From contig OX337236.1 of NCBI GenBank assembly GCA_946965045.2, positions 3,348,001 through 3,412,000 on the forward strand: a stretch of DNA of 64,000 nt. The letters run 5' to 3'. The stretch's first letter is position 1; every line of letters starts with the position of its first letter. This stretch comes from Epithemia pelagica (taxonomy: Eukaryota; Protista; Bacillariophyta). Positions 11,295 through 22,433 of the stretch are shown here, in pieces. A program made the translations under genes and the position numbers. A model generated the notes under the pieces. It was not told the origin of the DNA. It ran no database searches and worked only from the letters and a program-made list of their open reading frames with translations.

Positions 11295-13547
11295 AATTTG
11301 CAACGTATTGCATGTATGTCCTAGCTCCTAACATTGGGAGAACTAGATAGCATTATCGTTTTACTCTGAAACAGTAGTTGTATTGTATTCTTCATGGCAT
11401 TGCGACCTTTAGAGATATCACATACACCTTTGTACTAGTAGAAGACGGCATGACACGGGAAACAGGAGTGGAGCAAGGCCTTGGGTAGATGGCCATGGCC
11501 ATGGTACCATGCCTCTCTGCTAGTGAATGAGTCGAGTAATCATGCTGTGAAAGATTATGGTTACGTGCCTTTTTCACTTGGGCGCAACGACTCGTTCGGA
11601 CGGTCGTCTTCGTTCCGACCATGCGTTTAATTGTGGGGTCCGGTCCTTTGATGGCGCATGCCTGCGTGAGAGGACAGTACTCCGTCTCTCGATGCTTGTG
11701 GTTTCGGGTGACAGGACGTTTGCGGATCCTTTGGAATTTGTGACACCGAAGTGTTCGATATTTTTTCCAATACAGCAACTAGACTTTATCACAAGGTCGG
11801 CAATTTGCATGCTTCGATCCAGCAATCAGTCTCTCCGTAGTGGCTCGTTGACAGTCCATGGGTATCGGTCCATGGGGATCAACAAGAACAATCGCAGTAC
11901 GCAAGGTTATGTCTTGCCCCTCATTGTCAGTTCCACCGAAACCTTGTTGCACGATTGCAACACTGTCGAACAACATCAGTGTTGGACCTCGACCACTATA
12001 CAACATTTGTGCCTCGTACAGCACCAACAAAACCACGACCCGCGCCAATCATGTCTTGGCTATCGTCCAACAGCAGTGTTGGACCTCGATGACTACCACA
12101 GTTGAGTCTCGTACCGGCAGTACCAACAACAAAACCACGACCACGAATGGCGCCGATCATGTCTTGGCTGTAGTCTTAAAGAACTTTTGTTGTTGTTGTG
12201 GTTGTTCTTCTTGTTCGTTGGATTCTGGTTGGTGTTGTTGCCTTGTCGTTCCACACCAACACCCAGCTTGAATCTTTGTATGCAGACTTGAAAGGGCGAT
12301 GCGACCCTTTCCCAGAATTATTTCTTCACTCTTCACTACTCCAATCGGGCGCGTCGGAAGGGAGTTGAATAGCGTTCCGTACCCAAATCCCCGTCACCGT
12401 GGTCCGACTTTGAGCATTCGTTGCAAACATGATGTTTCCATTCATAGCTCTCGTCATATCCACCAGCCATGGTTGGGCGGTGAAATGCTCCTGCACTCTT
12501 TTGTCTTGGTTGTGGATCATCCTGGATGCAAGTTGTATGCCATTCGCTGTAAAGCTAGATACTTTTTTTGAGCCTCCACATTTTTATGTACCTCCAATGG
12601 GGCGACCTTGTGATCGATTCAGGTCCTCATGGTGTCATGTCAAGAAAGTGTCCACAATAATTGGCGACCAGAAAGTCATGCGGTGCCACAACACAAAAAG
12701 ATTTATCTGGTCTTGTTGCTGGCGTCAATCCTGATTTACTAGTTGGTCAGGGCTGGTCTTAACAAGCGTGAAATTTCACACATTTCACACTTTCTGCCTA
12801 CGTGGTCTGACGTTGCTGTGAAATTTGATGAAATTCACAAATCTGCTCTCCAGGGCTCTTTTCACATCGAACAATATTTCACACAGAGGTCTATGGGTTC
12901 TAGGAGAGAGAAAGTTTGGGATTCTCTAGACTATGCCGAACACCGACCATCGAAATCCGAAATGCTCGTACGATTCCAAACAACAATCAAACACAATCGT
13001 CCACCATGACGGACCCTCCTCCTGCACCTTTCCAAAATGATGGGCCTCAGAGGACCAAAGGACCAAAGGACCAAAAGGGTGAAAAAACAACAAAGAGGAA
13101 CGAGGGAGAGACACCTTTAGGAATTCCACACTTCACCCTTCACCTTCCACAACAACGACCACGACAGTCTTTCCGCCCTCCTATGCACAGGATGGCAACT
13201 TCACCCATGCCACAGCAGTTCCCCAGCACTTGATCTATACTACAAATCTCTATTGACATACATTAACAACTCTATTGTAGCTTCTTTTGTGCAGAGAAAA
13301 ATCCCTTGAGTAGTCATACTAGTTCGTCCTTTCCTAGAAGGAAGAAGGAGATATTAGTCCTACAATGATGGACAAAAAGGTTCCCTTGTCCCTGCATCTT
13401 GATTCATCAAAATGGTTTTGCTACGGCAGTGGCACCGTTGTACTTGTATGGGGAGTGGTGGGAGGGTCGGTGTGAAAACATTTCACATCGTTTAGACCCT
13501 ACAATAGGATTTCACGTCTAAAAACTGTGACAAACCGAAGGTGTTTT

Positions 13548-13787
13548 TGAATAAATAATCACGGGCGCCCCCTTTGTAACCTACGAAGGGCCTCGCCGTG
13601 CCTCGCTACGCACCGCCTGGCATCGCCCGGCCCCTAGCTATGTGTTCGCTAGTGGGTACCGTGGTCGCTATTTGGCCCCTACGTGAGCGATTTGCCCCCA
13701 AAGGGCACCCTTAGTTTAGTCATTATAATTTCTGATAGTTTGATTGTTGCAAGCCGTATATTGCGTCTGTCCGTCAGTTTTTATTCA
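13548..13787 (+). repeat. 5' LTR (240 bp)
   Basis: TGAATAAA...TTTATTCA 8-bp inverted termini; differs from the 3' LTR only at 13598 (G) vs 20786 (A). Confidence 0.97.
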
Positions 13788-13804
13788 GTTTATCAGACCC
13801 AGTG
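13788..13804 (+). promoter_or_regulatory. Putative primer-binding site (non-canonical, half-tRNA type)
   Basis: GTTTATCAGACCCAGTG directly abuts the 5' LTR; resembles the Drosophila copia PBS GGTTATGGGCCCAG in position and form. Confidence 0.6.
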
Positions 13805-14282
13805 TCTGTTGTTCCCCACTGTTCGCCGGACGGCAAGCGCCTGATCAACGCTCGGGAGTTGTTCGCGCTAAGCGGCTTCGTCACTCGCTCGCTTGCGTCA
13901 TCTCTGTGACTTGTTTTAGTCACTGTGGGACCCACTCGCTAATTTGTGACTTGCGACTGCACAACGTATCGTGCACGTGCTCGTACACGTGGACCGTCCA
14001 TCCACGCGCTTCGTACGACTCAACTATATAAGCCTGCTGGCTTTTGACACGTGCCTGCTTGCTCGCGGAATCGCCGGTTCGCCGACTCGCGGATTCGCTG
14101 ATCGCCAGCTCGCTCGCTCGCGGAATCGCCGGACGACTACTCGCCGATTCACTCGCAGATTGTTGGCTCACAGAAATTCGCTCCTCTCATCACAATTGCA
14201 AATTTCTGCACAAGAACAAGCCTTCCCTTGCCATCCGTTTGACCTTCTACTACCCTCCTACCCTTCATCCGACCCTTGAACC

Positions 14283-16357
14283 ATGGCCGCAAATGCCTTC
14301 CGTACTGCACTGGGCCGCTGTGGCTACGATAATGCTACCGTTGGGTACCTAACGCAACAGGGCTTCACGACAACGGATCAGTTCCTGGAGTTTCCTATCA
14401 ACGAAGTCAAGCCCATGCTGAAGACATTAGCCAAGAACCTACCTGCCGGTGTCACCCTACCCTACCAATTCAACCTCAAGTTCCTTGCTTCCGAATGTGG
14501 TTGGAATACCGTTCTGTCCGTGGTCAGGACCTTGATGCTGGTGCTTATACTGGTGACGTAATCACCAAGTGGATGAGACGCGTAACGGAACTCGCGAATG
14601 CCACCACCACTGATGGTCAGGATGACCCAGTACCACCCAAAAGGCTAACGAACCTTGCCGATTGGGAACGTCACGACGGAATGTGGCGCACGTACTTGGG
14701 TCAGCACCGTAATCCGACAACGGGAGTGCCTCTCACCTACGTATTGCGTGAGGAGTCCGACGTACCGGACGACGCACTAACCGCCGATTACGACTGCATT
14801 GACGACGACCTAGTCGCGACCACTCGTCATGAGGGGGACCAGTACAAAGCCGACCGACGCAGAGTGTATGAGCTGTACTACCCTCTTATCTACGATGGTC
14901 CGGCATGGACGTTTGCTAAAACGCACGCGAAATCGAAGGACGGCCGTGAGGCCTACCTAACCGTCAAGCGGCAAGCCACTGGACAGGCCGCGAGCATCCT
15001 GCGCAAGAAACAGGCTTATGCGCAGATCGCAAATGCTAAGTTTACAGGACGAGGGAAGTACCGCTTCCATGACTACATTCACCGTCACCAACATGCGCAC
15101 AACACCCTGGAAGAGCTTGGCGAAACGGTCGCGGAAACGAAAAAAGTGACCGATTTCATGAATGGGATCACCGATCCGACGCTCGTCCAAGCAAAGACCG
15201 TCGTCAACGGTGACCAGGAGAAGTTGGAGAACTTTGAAGCGTGCCAGCAATACTTCTTGACTGTGCACAGTGCCGCCAAAACCGAAACGCAGGACGACTC
15301 TCGCAAGATCGCCGCTGCTAGTACCACCCCAAGTAAAGGAAAGGGCAAAGGGCGCAATCAGAAAAAGAGCAAGAAAAAGAAGGACCGCGTTCATGCTGGT
15401 CACTACGATGCCGACGAATGGGCAGACCTGACGGAGGACGAACGCAAACAAGTCCAGGCTCTTCGCAAAGAGCGCAAAGAAAAGCGGAAGCTTGGATCCG
15501 TCACCACAGACGACTCTTCCAACGCATCGTCGAAGAGATCGAAAACGTCGCATGGGAGTACTGCTGAGGACGCAATCTCAGTAGACATTGATGACGACGC
15601 TAAGCCTGAGGCTAAGACCAACGTATCGGTCATTATGGAAGTGGACGAGAACTTGCTTGACTCCTCTGTTGACAACGTACCGTCGCCAGACAAGCACTCT
15701 AAGTTCCGCGCTTCCGCCTCACCTGCAAAATCATCCGAAGATGATTCGCAGCCGACAAAGTCCTCAGCTGGCAACAGCTTTGGACGTTTCGCGCATAAGG
15801 CTAAAGCACAACCGAACGAACCCGGATCTGCGTCCGTCAAATCCGTACGTACTCGCCCCATGGGGGAATACGAGACCTATCCACCGATGTGGCAATGGGA
15901 AGAGGACGGACGTCCTGATATGAGTCATATGACCATCCCTCCAGTCCCGGAACACGGCGACATCTTTGTGAAGCTGCCGCTACCGGTCAAAGGCAAGTTT
16001 GCTGAAGGGCCTCGCAACGTCCGCTCACTTACCAAGCATGACCAAAGTATGCTGAAAGGAAGCTTCCGCGAAGAGATCGACACTATTGTACACAATAGTC
16101 CAATTTGGTCTTGGCGCTGGTCTAAAATGTCAGGCTATGAACGAGAAGAGCGCCAAATGTACCATGTGTGCAGACGCTTAGCCGAGCACACGGAAGTGTT
16201 CGACGAAGCTTTGAAATACACTATGCTTGCCAATGGACAATTGGCTGCCGCAGAGCGAAGGCGTAATGTATGCGGTCGTTATTCCGCCGATCTTGAATTC
16301 GATGTCCGTGACCCGAATGTCTCTGACAAGTCTGCCGACAAGTCTAATTCCTCCTGA
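14283..16357 (+). CDS. gag: Copia Gag, with 1-nt frameshift at ~14489-14490 and a long C-terminal extension
   Basis: ORF 14283-14561 joins ORF 14495-16357 if one T is restored (ctt gc[t] ttc cga atg tgg = LAFRMW); motifs GVPLTYVLRE and YDADEWADLTEDERKQVQALR. Confidence 0.85.
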
Positions 16358-19300
16358 TGGAGTGTGCCCTGTGCATCCGCTGCCGAAGCAGTGAAAATTG
16401 ATAAAACGAATCTTATTGTTCAATCGAATGCACATGTAGGCACCCATTATAGTTATTCTAAACGTTTCGCACATCGTCTATGTGCTATGAACACCGACGA
16501 ATATGGTGTTGAGACCATTGAGCTCACCTGTGAGTTGGACTCACATGCGGACACCTGTGCCGTGGGAAGAGACTTCGTAATGCTCTCCGAAGCCCACCGC
16601 TATATCAGTGTGCATCCGTTCGCGGAGGAATATAACCCGCTGACCAATGTCCCTATTGCGACTGTTGCTACTGTCTGGACTGACAGCGAAAACCAGTCTT
16701 ACTTGCTTGTCATCCACCAAGCATTGTTTTTAGGGGACCGTATGGGCAGTTCGTTACTCTGTCCCAACCAGATGCGTGCCCATGGCATCGTTGTCAACGA
16801 CGTACCTAAACAGTTTGACCCGCACAGCACGCATAGTATCCACGTACCGGATGCCGATCTCACCATCCCGCTCACCATGGCTGGTGTGATAAGTGGTTTC
16901 GCCACTCGCAAACCCACTTCTGACGAGCTGGAACACTTGCCACAAGTTGTGCTAACTGCCGATAGCCCATGGCAACCTCGTTCTACCGCCTTTGCGGACG
17001 CGGAGGAGAAACTGGGTGTAGCTGCCGCTACTGTCGTTCGCAATGGCGCTACTGTCGTTCGCAATGGCGATCCGAATTCGATTGCCGCATCCTCCATTCC
17101 ACGACTCATCAAAGCAGTGCGAACGTACCAGCATGCTTTTGCCAATCCATCACCCGATCTAGACGCCGACGCACAAGGCGACGACCTATACGAACGCTTA
17201 ATAGCGACGGTCACTGTTCATCCAGAGAAGGAGGAGCCTGATGTAGTCCCGGAGGACAAACGTGAACATCGGCTGTACATGATCAAGACTGCTAACGAGT
17301 CTTCCCCAGCCGACCCTGCTGGAAAGGGAGTACTTGACGCAGCCGTACTGTCACAACGTTGGGGCATTGGTTTACCCAAAGCGAAGAATACGCTTAAAGT
17401 GACGACGCAGGCTGGAGTACGAAACGTATTAATCCCATCTGAGCGTAAGGTCCGTAAAAAGGCACCGTGGCTCAAATTCCCTAATGTGAAAGGCCGTTGG
17501 TTCTCGGACGAGATGTTTGCCAAGGAAGTATCACTGAACGGGGACACGGGCGCCTCGATCTTTACAGACGGCAAAGGATTCGACCACGTTTATCCCTGGA
17601 AGTCGAAAAAGCAACATCCTGAAGGATTGATGTCTTTGATTCACAATGTAGGGATTCCCCAAACAATGGTATCTGATGGTGCCCGGGAATTGTTCCTAGG
17701 GAAGTCCCGTGAAATATGCAACGAGTACCGCATAAAGATGGAGAAAACGGTTCCTTATAGTCCATGGCAGAACGCCGCCGAAGCGAGCATTCGTGAACTA
17801 AAGAAGGGAGTTGTCAAGATTATGAGGACGACCGGCGCACCACGACGTTTATGGAGCTATGCTCTTAAATGGTGCTCACACGTACGGCAACTCACGGCAT
17901 CCGATATCCCTGAATTAGATGGACGTACACCGTTCGAGCATGTAATTGGCTCAACGCCAGACATCTCTCCATTAGCCATGTTCCAATTCTATCAGCCGGT
18001 GTATTATCGCATGCCCATGGCACAGTTTCCCTTCGAAAAAAGACTGATTGGCCGATGGTTGGGTTTAGCCGATGATTGCACCGATGATATGGCCTATGAA
18101 ATCCTAACGCAAGAGGGCAATCATGTCACACGGAAAGATGTGTGGGCCATTCCGGAAGACGACCTGAAGAATCCGACGATTCATCAGCAGTTGTTGGACT
18201 ATGATGCCGCTATTCAAACGCAAATGAAAGAGCCGCCATCTGATGGCACAACTGGGAGCGATCCACCCCCAGACCTCTTTGACGAAGGTGAACTTCTAGA
18301 GCCCTTGTTCCCAGAGGCCGAAGCCCTGGAATCCGACGCGTACACGCCGGAGGAACTAGACGAATATCTCACCGCTGAAGTCATGCTGCCGCGAGGAGGT
18401 GAAAGCGCTCGAGCGAAAATCATTGGACGCACGAAAGATGCTCATGGGCGACCTATTGGTGAGCGCGACGCAAACCCAATCCTTGATACCCGGTACTACG
18501 ATGTACAGTTTCCGGATGGATCGGTCGAGTCGTATGCAACCAATATGATCGCAGAGAATCTGTATTCGCAAGTTGACCCGGAGGGCAATGCGTTCAACAC
18601 ATTGAAAGCCATTGTGGGTCACCGCAGTGATGAGACCGCAGTTAAGCGAACAGACGCATCGTTCCTTGACGGCACATCACACCACACAACGAAAGGCTGG
18701 GAATTGCAATGTGAACTGTCCGATCAATCGACTGTTTGGCTGCCGCTCAAAGACGTCAAGAATGGAAATATGATTGAAGCCGCCGAATACGCAGTATCCA
18801 CTGGCATCGCAAAAGAGCCTGCTTTCGCATGGTGGGTGCCACGTGCACTTCGCAAACGAGACCGCATTATCAAAAAGGTAAAGTCACGTTATTGGAAGCG
18901 AACGCACAAGTATGGCATTGAGTTGCCCCACTCTGTGGAAGAAGCCCTGGCGATTGACCGCCGAACGGGGACTGACTTCTGGCGTAAGGCTATTGAGAAA
19001 GAAATGAAGAACGTTGGCATTGCTTTCGAATTTCCAGCTGATGGCGAAGTGCCTTCTGGATACAAGCACATTCCTTGTCATATGGTTTTTGACATCAAAT
19101 CAGACCTGCGACGAAAAGCACGGTTAGTGGCCGGAGGCCACAAAACTGATCCACCCAAAGAATCGACCTATTCTAGTGTGGTATCACGCGATAGCGTACG
19201 CATTGCTTTTACTATCGCTGCACTAAATGGTCTTGATGTTCTCGTCGGGGACGTGCAAAACGCATATCTCAACGCACCGACTAAAGAGAAGACCTATACC

Positions 19301-20614
19301 ACCGCGGGACTCGAATTTGGACCAGATAAGGTTGGACAACCTGCACTGATAGTGCGCGCATTATATGGTCTCAAAAGTTCTGCCGCAAGGTGGCGTGATC
19401 ACATCGCCGCAACGCTCCGCGACATGGGATTTAAGATGTGTCAAGCTGATCCAGATGTATGGATTCGAGCGAACACTCGACCATCTGATGGGTTCCAGTA
19501 TTACGAGTATGTTTTGGTCTATATTGATGATCTGCTGATTGTTAGTCATGATCCCAAAACCGTGATGCAGGACCTGCAGAGGCGCTATACGATCAAGCCC
19601 GACAGCATCAAACCACCAGACGAATACTTGGGATCCGAAATTCGGCGTTATACCATACCCGACACGCAAGATCCGTCGAACCGTGATCGTTGGGCCATGT
19701 CCGCTGACAAGTATTGTAAGCGTGCTCTTGCCGAAGTCGAAACGGAACTGGAGAAATCCGGAGAAAAGCTGAAGTCAAAAGTGACGACGCCGATCGCCGA
19801 TGGATATCGCCCGGAATTGGATGCGACTCCTGAACTCGACGCAAGACGTGCGAACTATTACCAAGGACTGATCGGTATCCTCCGTTGGATTGTTGAACTC
19901 GGTCGTATCGACATTACAACCGCAGTCTCCCATATGTCCCGTTTTATGGCGAATCCACGAGAAGGACATCTCGAGCAAACGTTGCACATCTTCGCGTATC
20001 TGAAGAAGTACGATAAATCCGCCATTGTGTTCGACGACACAACCCCTGACTTCGACGAGTCACGTTTTACCCGACCGGATTGGTCTGAGTATTATCCGGA
20101 TGCTGCCGAGCCGATTCCGCCAAACGCACCAGCACCGCGTGGAAACGCTGTCACCACGACTTGCTTTGTCGATGCTGATCATGCTGGATGTCGTGTCACA
20201 CGGCGCTCTCAAACAGGAGTCCTACTGTTCATGCAACGAGCACCGATCATGTGGTATTCCAAACGACAAAACACTGTTGAGACGTCTACATTTGGCAGTG
20301 AGTTCGTGGCGATGAAGACTGCCATTGAAATGATTGAAGCATTTCGTTATAAGTTGCGAATGATGGGTATCCCGTTGGATGGAGAGACAAATGTGTTCTG
20401 CGACAATGAATCTGTGTTTAAGAACTCGACTCAGCCGGAATCAGTCCTAAAAAAGAAGCACAACGCAATTGCTTATCATCGGACTCGTGAAGCGCAAGCT
20501 GCTGGACTTGTGCGCATTGCATGGGAAGAAGGTGAAACGAATCTTGCCGATATCCTAACCAAACTGCTACCCGGACCTCGATTGCGATTCCTGGCCCAAC
20601 GTATCATGTGGTAG
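16358..20614 (+). CDS. pol: Copia Pol polyprotein (protease-integrase-RT-RNase H)
   Basis: ELDSHADTC (PR); MVSDGARE and PYSPWQNAAE (IN); KARLVAGGH, DVQNAYLNA, LYGLKSS, YIDDLL (RT); FVDADHAG, DNESV, NLADILTK (RH); uninterrupted and in the same frame as gag; first ATG at 16487. Confidence 0.97.
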   Translation, partial: WSVPCASAAEAVKIDKTNLIVQSNAHVGTHYSYSKRFAHRLCAMNTDEYGVETIELTCELDSHADTCAVGRDFVMLSEAHRYISVHPFAEEYNPLTNVPIATVATVWTDSENQSYLLVIHQALFLGDRMGSSLLCPNQMRAHGIVVNDVPKQFDPHSTHSIHVPDADLTIPLTMAGVISGFATRKPTSDELEHLPQVVLTADSPWQPRSTAFADAEEKLGVAAATVVRNGATVVRNGDPNSIAASSIPRLIKAVRTYQHAFANPSPDLDADAQGDDLYERLIATVTVHPEKEEPDVVPEDKREHRLYMIKTANESSPADPAGKGVLDAAVLSQRWGIGLPKAKNTLKVTTQAGVRNVLIPSERKVRKKAPWLKFPNVKGRWFSDEMFAKEVSLNGDTGASIFTDGKGFDHVYPWKSKKQHPEGLMSLIHNVGIPQTMVSDGARELFLGKSREICNEYRIKMEKTVPYSPWQNAAEASIRELKKGVVKIMRTTGAPRRLWSYALKWCSHVRQLTASDIPELDGRTPFEHVIGSTPDISPLAMFQFYQPVYYRMPMAQFPFEKRLIGRWLGLADDCTDDMAYEILTQEGNHVTRKDVWAIPEDDLKNPTIHQQLLDYDAAIQTQMKEPPSDGTTGSDPPPDLFDEGELLEPLFPEAEALESDAYTPEELDEYLTAEVMLPRGGESARAKIIGRTKDAHGRPIGERDANPILDTRYYDVQFPDGSVESYATNMIAENLYSQVDPEGNAFNTLKAIVGHRSDETAVKRTDASFLDGTSHHTTKGWELQCELSDQSTVWLPLKDVKNGNMIEAAEYAVSTGIAKEPAFAWWVPRALRKRDRIIKKVKSRYWKRTHKYGIELPHSVEEALAIDRRTGTDFWRKAIEKEMKNVGIAFEFPADGEVPSGYKHIPCHMVFDIKSDLRRKARLVAGGHKTDPPKESTYSSVVSRDSVRIAFTIAALNGLDVLVGDVQNAYLNAPTKEKTYTTAGLEFGPDKVGQPALIVRALYGLKSSAARWRDHIAATLRDMGFKMCQADPDVWIRANTRPSDGFQYYEYVLVYIDDLLIVSHDPKTVMQDLQRRYTIKPDSIKPPDEYLGSEIRRYTIPDTQDPSNRDRWAMSADKYCKRALAEVETELEKSGEKLKSKVTTPIADGYRPELDATPELDARRANYYQGLIGILRWIVELGRIDITTAVSHMSRFMANPREGHLEQTLHIFAYLKKYDKSAIVFDDTTPDFDESRFTRPDWSEYYPDAAEPIPPNAPAPRGNAVTTTCFVDADHAGCRVTRRSQTGVLLFMQRAPIMWYSKRQNTVETSTFGSEFVAMKTAIEMIEAFRYKLRMMGIPLDGETNVFCDNESVFKNSTQPESVLKKKHNAIAYHRTREAQAAGLVRIAWEEGETNLADILTKLLPGPRLRFLAQRIMW
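17027..17068 (+). repeat. Perfect 21-bp in-frame tandem duplication in pol (ATVVRNG x2)
   Basis: gctactgtcgttcgcaatggc x2. Confidence 0.95.
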
Positions 20615-20726
20615 CACCCCTTTTAGATCCAAAATGGGATCGCCCCTTTTGAAGAATAGTCCGACGTACTGGACCGGCCTCTGCTGACATGACGAACTAA
20701 ACGAAGTTGCCCACCCCGATTTTGTT

Positions 20727-20735
20727 CGCGGGGAC
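20727..20735 (+). promoter_or_regulatory. Putative short polypurine tract
   Basis: cgcggggac immediately precedes the 3' LTR. Confidence 0.5.
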
Positions 20736-20975
20736 TGAATAAATAATCACGGGCGCCCCCTTTGTAACCTACGAAGGGCCTCGCCATGCCTCGCTACGCA
20801 CCGCCTGGCATCGCCCGGCCCCTAGCTATGTGTTCGCTAGTGGGTACCGTGGTCGCTATTTGGCCCCTACGTGAGCGATTTGCCCCCAAAGGGCACCCTT
20901 AGTTTAGTCATTATAATTTCTGATAGTTTGATTGTTGCAAGCCGTATATTGCGTCTGTCCGTCAGTTTTTATTCA
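20736..20975 (+). repeat. 3' LTR (240 bp)
   Basis: 239/240 identical to the 5' LTR. Confidence 0.97.
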
Positions 20976-21360
20976 TTTTAGTGTGAAACATGTGAAATTT
21001 CGCGCTTGTTAAGACCAACCCTCACTGATGTGGAGTCGCCCTCCCCCAAAGTCTGAGTCCCTTCCATATCTTGGTCTCGGAATGAGGACAGGAATGGCTC
21101 GCAGGCGCGCCGACCGAGACGAGCAGTGTCACTCTTTCCTATTCGAATAGAGATTGGATCTCGTCGCCAAAAGACGACCACTCTTTATAATAGAATCTAC
21201 TGCTACACTCGAAGAAGGGAAACCATGTCAGTTACGAGTCATCTACTTCTCTCTTCTTCCTTTTCTTGGTGAAAGACTCAAGGATTGGCCGTCAAGACCA
21301 ACGATAGGAAGGCGCTTCGAATGCTATGAGTGTCGGTGCGGCTGCTTGGAGTACAAGCAC

Positions 21361-21390
21361 AAGAACAAGAACAAGAACAAGAACAAGAAC
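21361..21390 (+). repeat. (AAGAAC)5 microsatellite
   Basis: Direct reading. Confidence 0.9.
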
Positions 21391-22433
21391 AACAACGACG
21401 ACGACCATTCCACAACAGGGGTTCGACGAGTCATGAAACAAGAAGGTTGACGGCCGCATGGTTGTTTGGTTCCATCACGCGGGTTCCAGGGTCCTCCTTG
21501 CGACAACAAGGACAGCCACAACAATCACCACTCTTTTGTTTGTGTTGGTCCAATACGTCGTCAATCTCGTCGTTCTACGGCTGCTTGCACAACGACCACC
21601 ACAACGACGAAGTTTCTGAGGCAAGAAGAAAAAAAAAGAATTTCATGGCAGAACCGTTGTCAATGTGTCCTTCCTCATTTACAAACTCCCTCCATATGCT
21701 TTCTCTTACGGCAAAAGAGCCTCGAGATGGTCTGCCCAACGACCCCACTGTGCCCGTGGGCAATCAGTGTTTGTGATGAGACTCTCTCGATCGACCTTCT
21801 GACCCCTCCAGCTTTTCGTCTTCCCAACAACATCCTAACGCTAAATGAGCAATAACAACACGAGCGATCCACCGGGCCAAAACAAGTGTGGTGGAAGCAA
21901 ATTCTCTTCTGATTTAGCGCATTCCTCTTCAACGTGAGGAAAGATCAGCAATGATGGGTACGTCGAATCTCTTGTTTCGTGTAATGTGTACATTACCATC
22001 CCATGGGTCCCTCCGTAAGAAGAGAAGCTGTGGTTATCAAAAGCAGAGACTCGGACTGGAAAGAGATCCTCTAGGTAGTCATGAGCGCATCGGAAGAACC
22101 TATGGATGCAACACAAGGAGACAGAGAAATGGATATGAGCCATACATATCAGTGGTTGTCTTTCTCGCCATGAGGATTATTTCGATATCCAAAAACTTTC
22201 ATGGAACTCCAAACAAGAATGCGTGATCTTCTTCATTGCGTGGCTATTGTCACGATTTGATGTCTCGTGACGAAAGCTCCTACCCCTCTTTGGTCCATCC
22301 ATTTCGTGCAGTCAGTCGTGCTTCCAGTCCGCACCCATCAGCATCAGCATCGCAACAAAAGAGCAAACCTACGTGCCTCTTACAAGGCAGTGTCTCGATC
22401 CCCATAAATTCGCTGCAGTCATTGTGTGGAACC

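Larger units (their letters stand above)
13548..20975 (+). mobile_element. Full-length Ty1/copia LTR retrotransposon (diatom CoDi-like), 7428 bp
   Basis: Two 240-bp LTRs with TG...CA ends; gag then PR-IN-RT-RH order; flanked by TTTT on both sides. Confidence 0.97.
12750..21021. mobile_element. Non-autonomous TIR DNA transposon (PIF/Harbinger-like), ~0.85 kb of own sequence, interrupted by the copia element
   Basis: 41-bp TIRs 12750-12790 (gggctggtcttaacaagcgtgaaatttcacacatttcacac) and 20981-21021 (37/41 match); 3-bp TSD TCA at 12747-12749 and 21022-21024; no transposase ORF. Superfamily inferred from GGG termini plus 3-bp TNA TSD. Confidence 0.75.

Noticed and set aside
12916-13233. 105-aa ORF inside the TIR element as a possible transposase
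   Set aside because: Pro/Gln/Lys-rich, too short, and has no DDE or Myb/SANT motif
14957-20315. Many antisense or alternative-frame ORFs overlapping gag, pol and the Kelch genes
   Set aside because: Shadow ORFs of real coding sequence with no motifs
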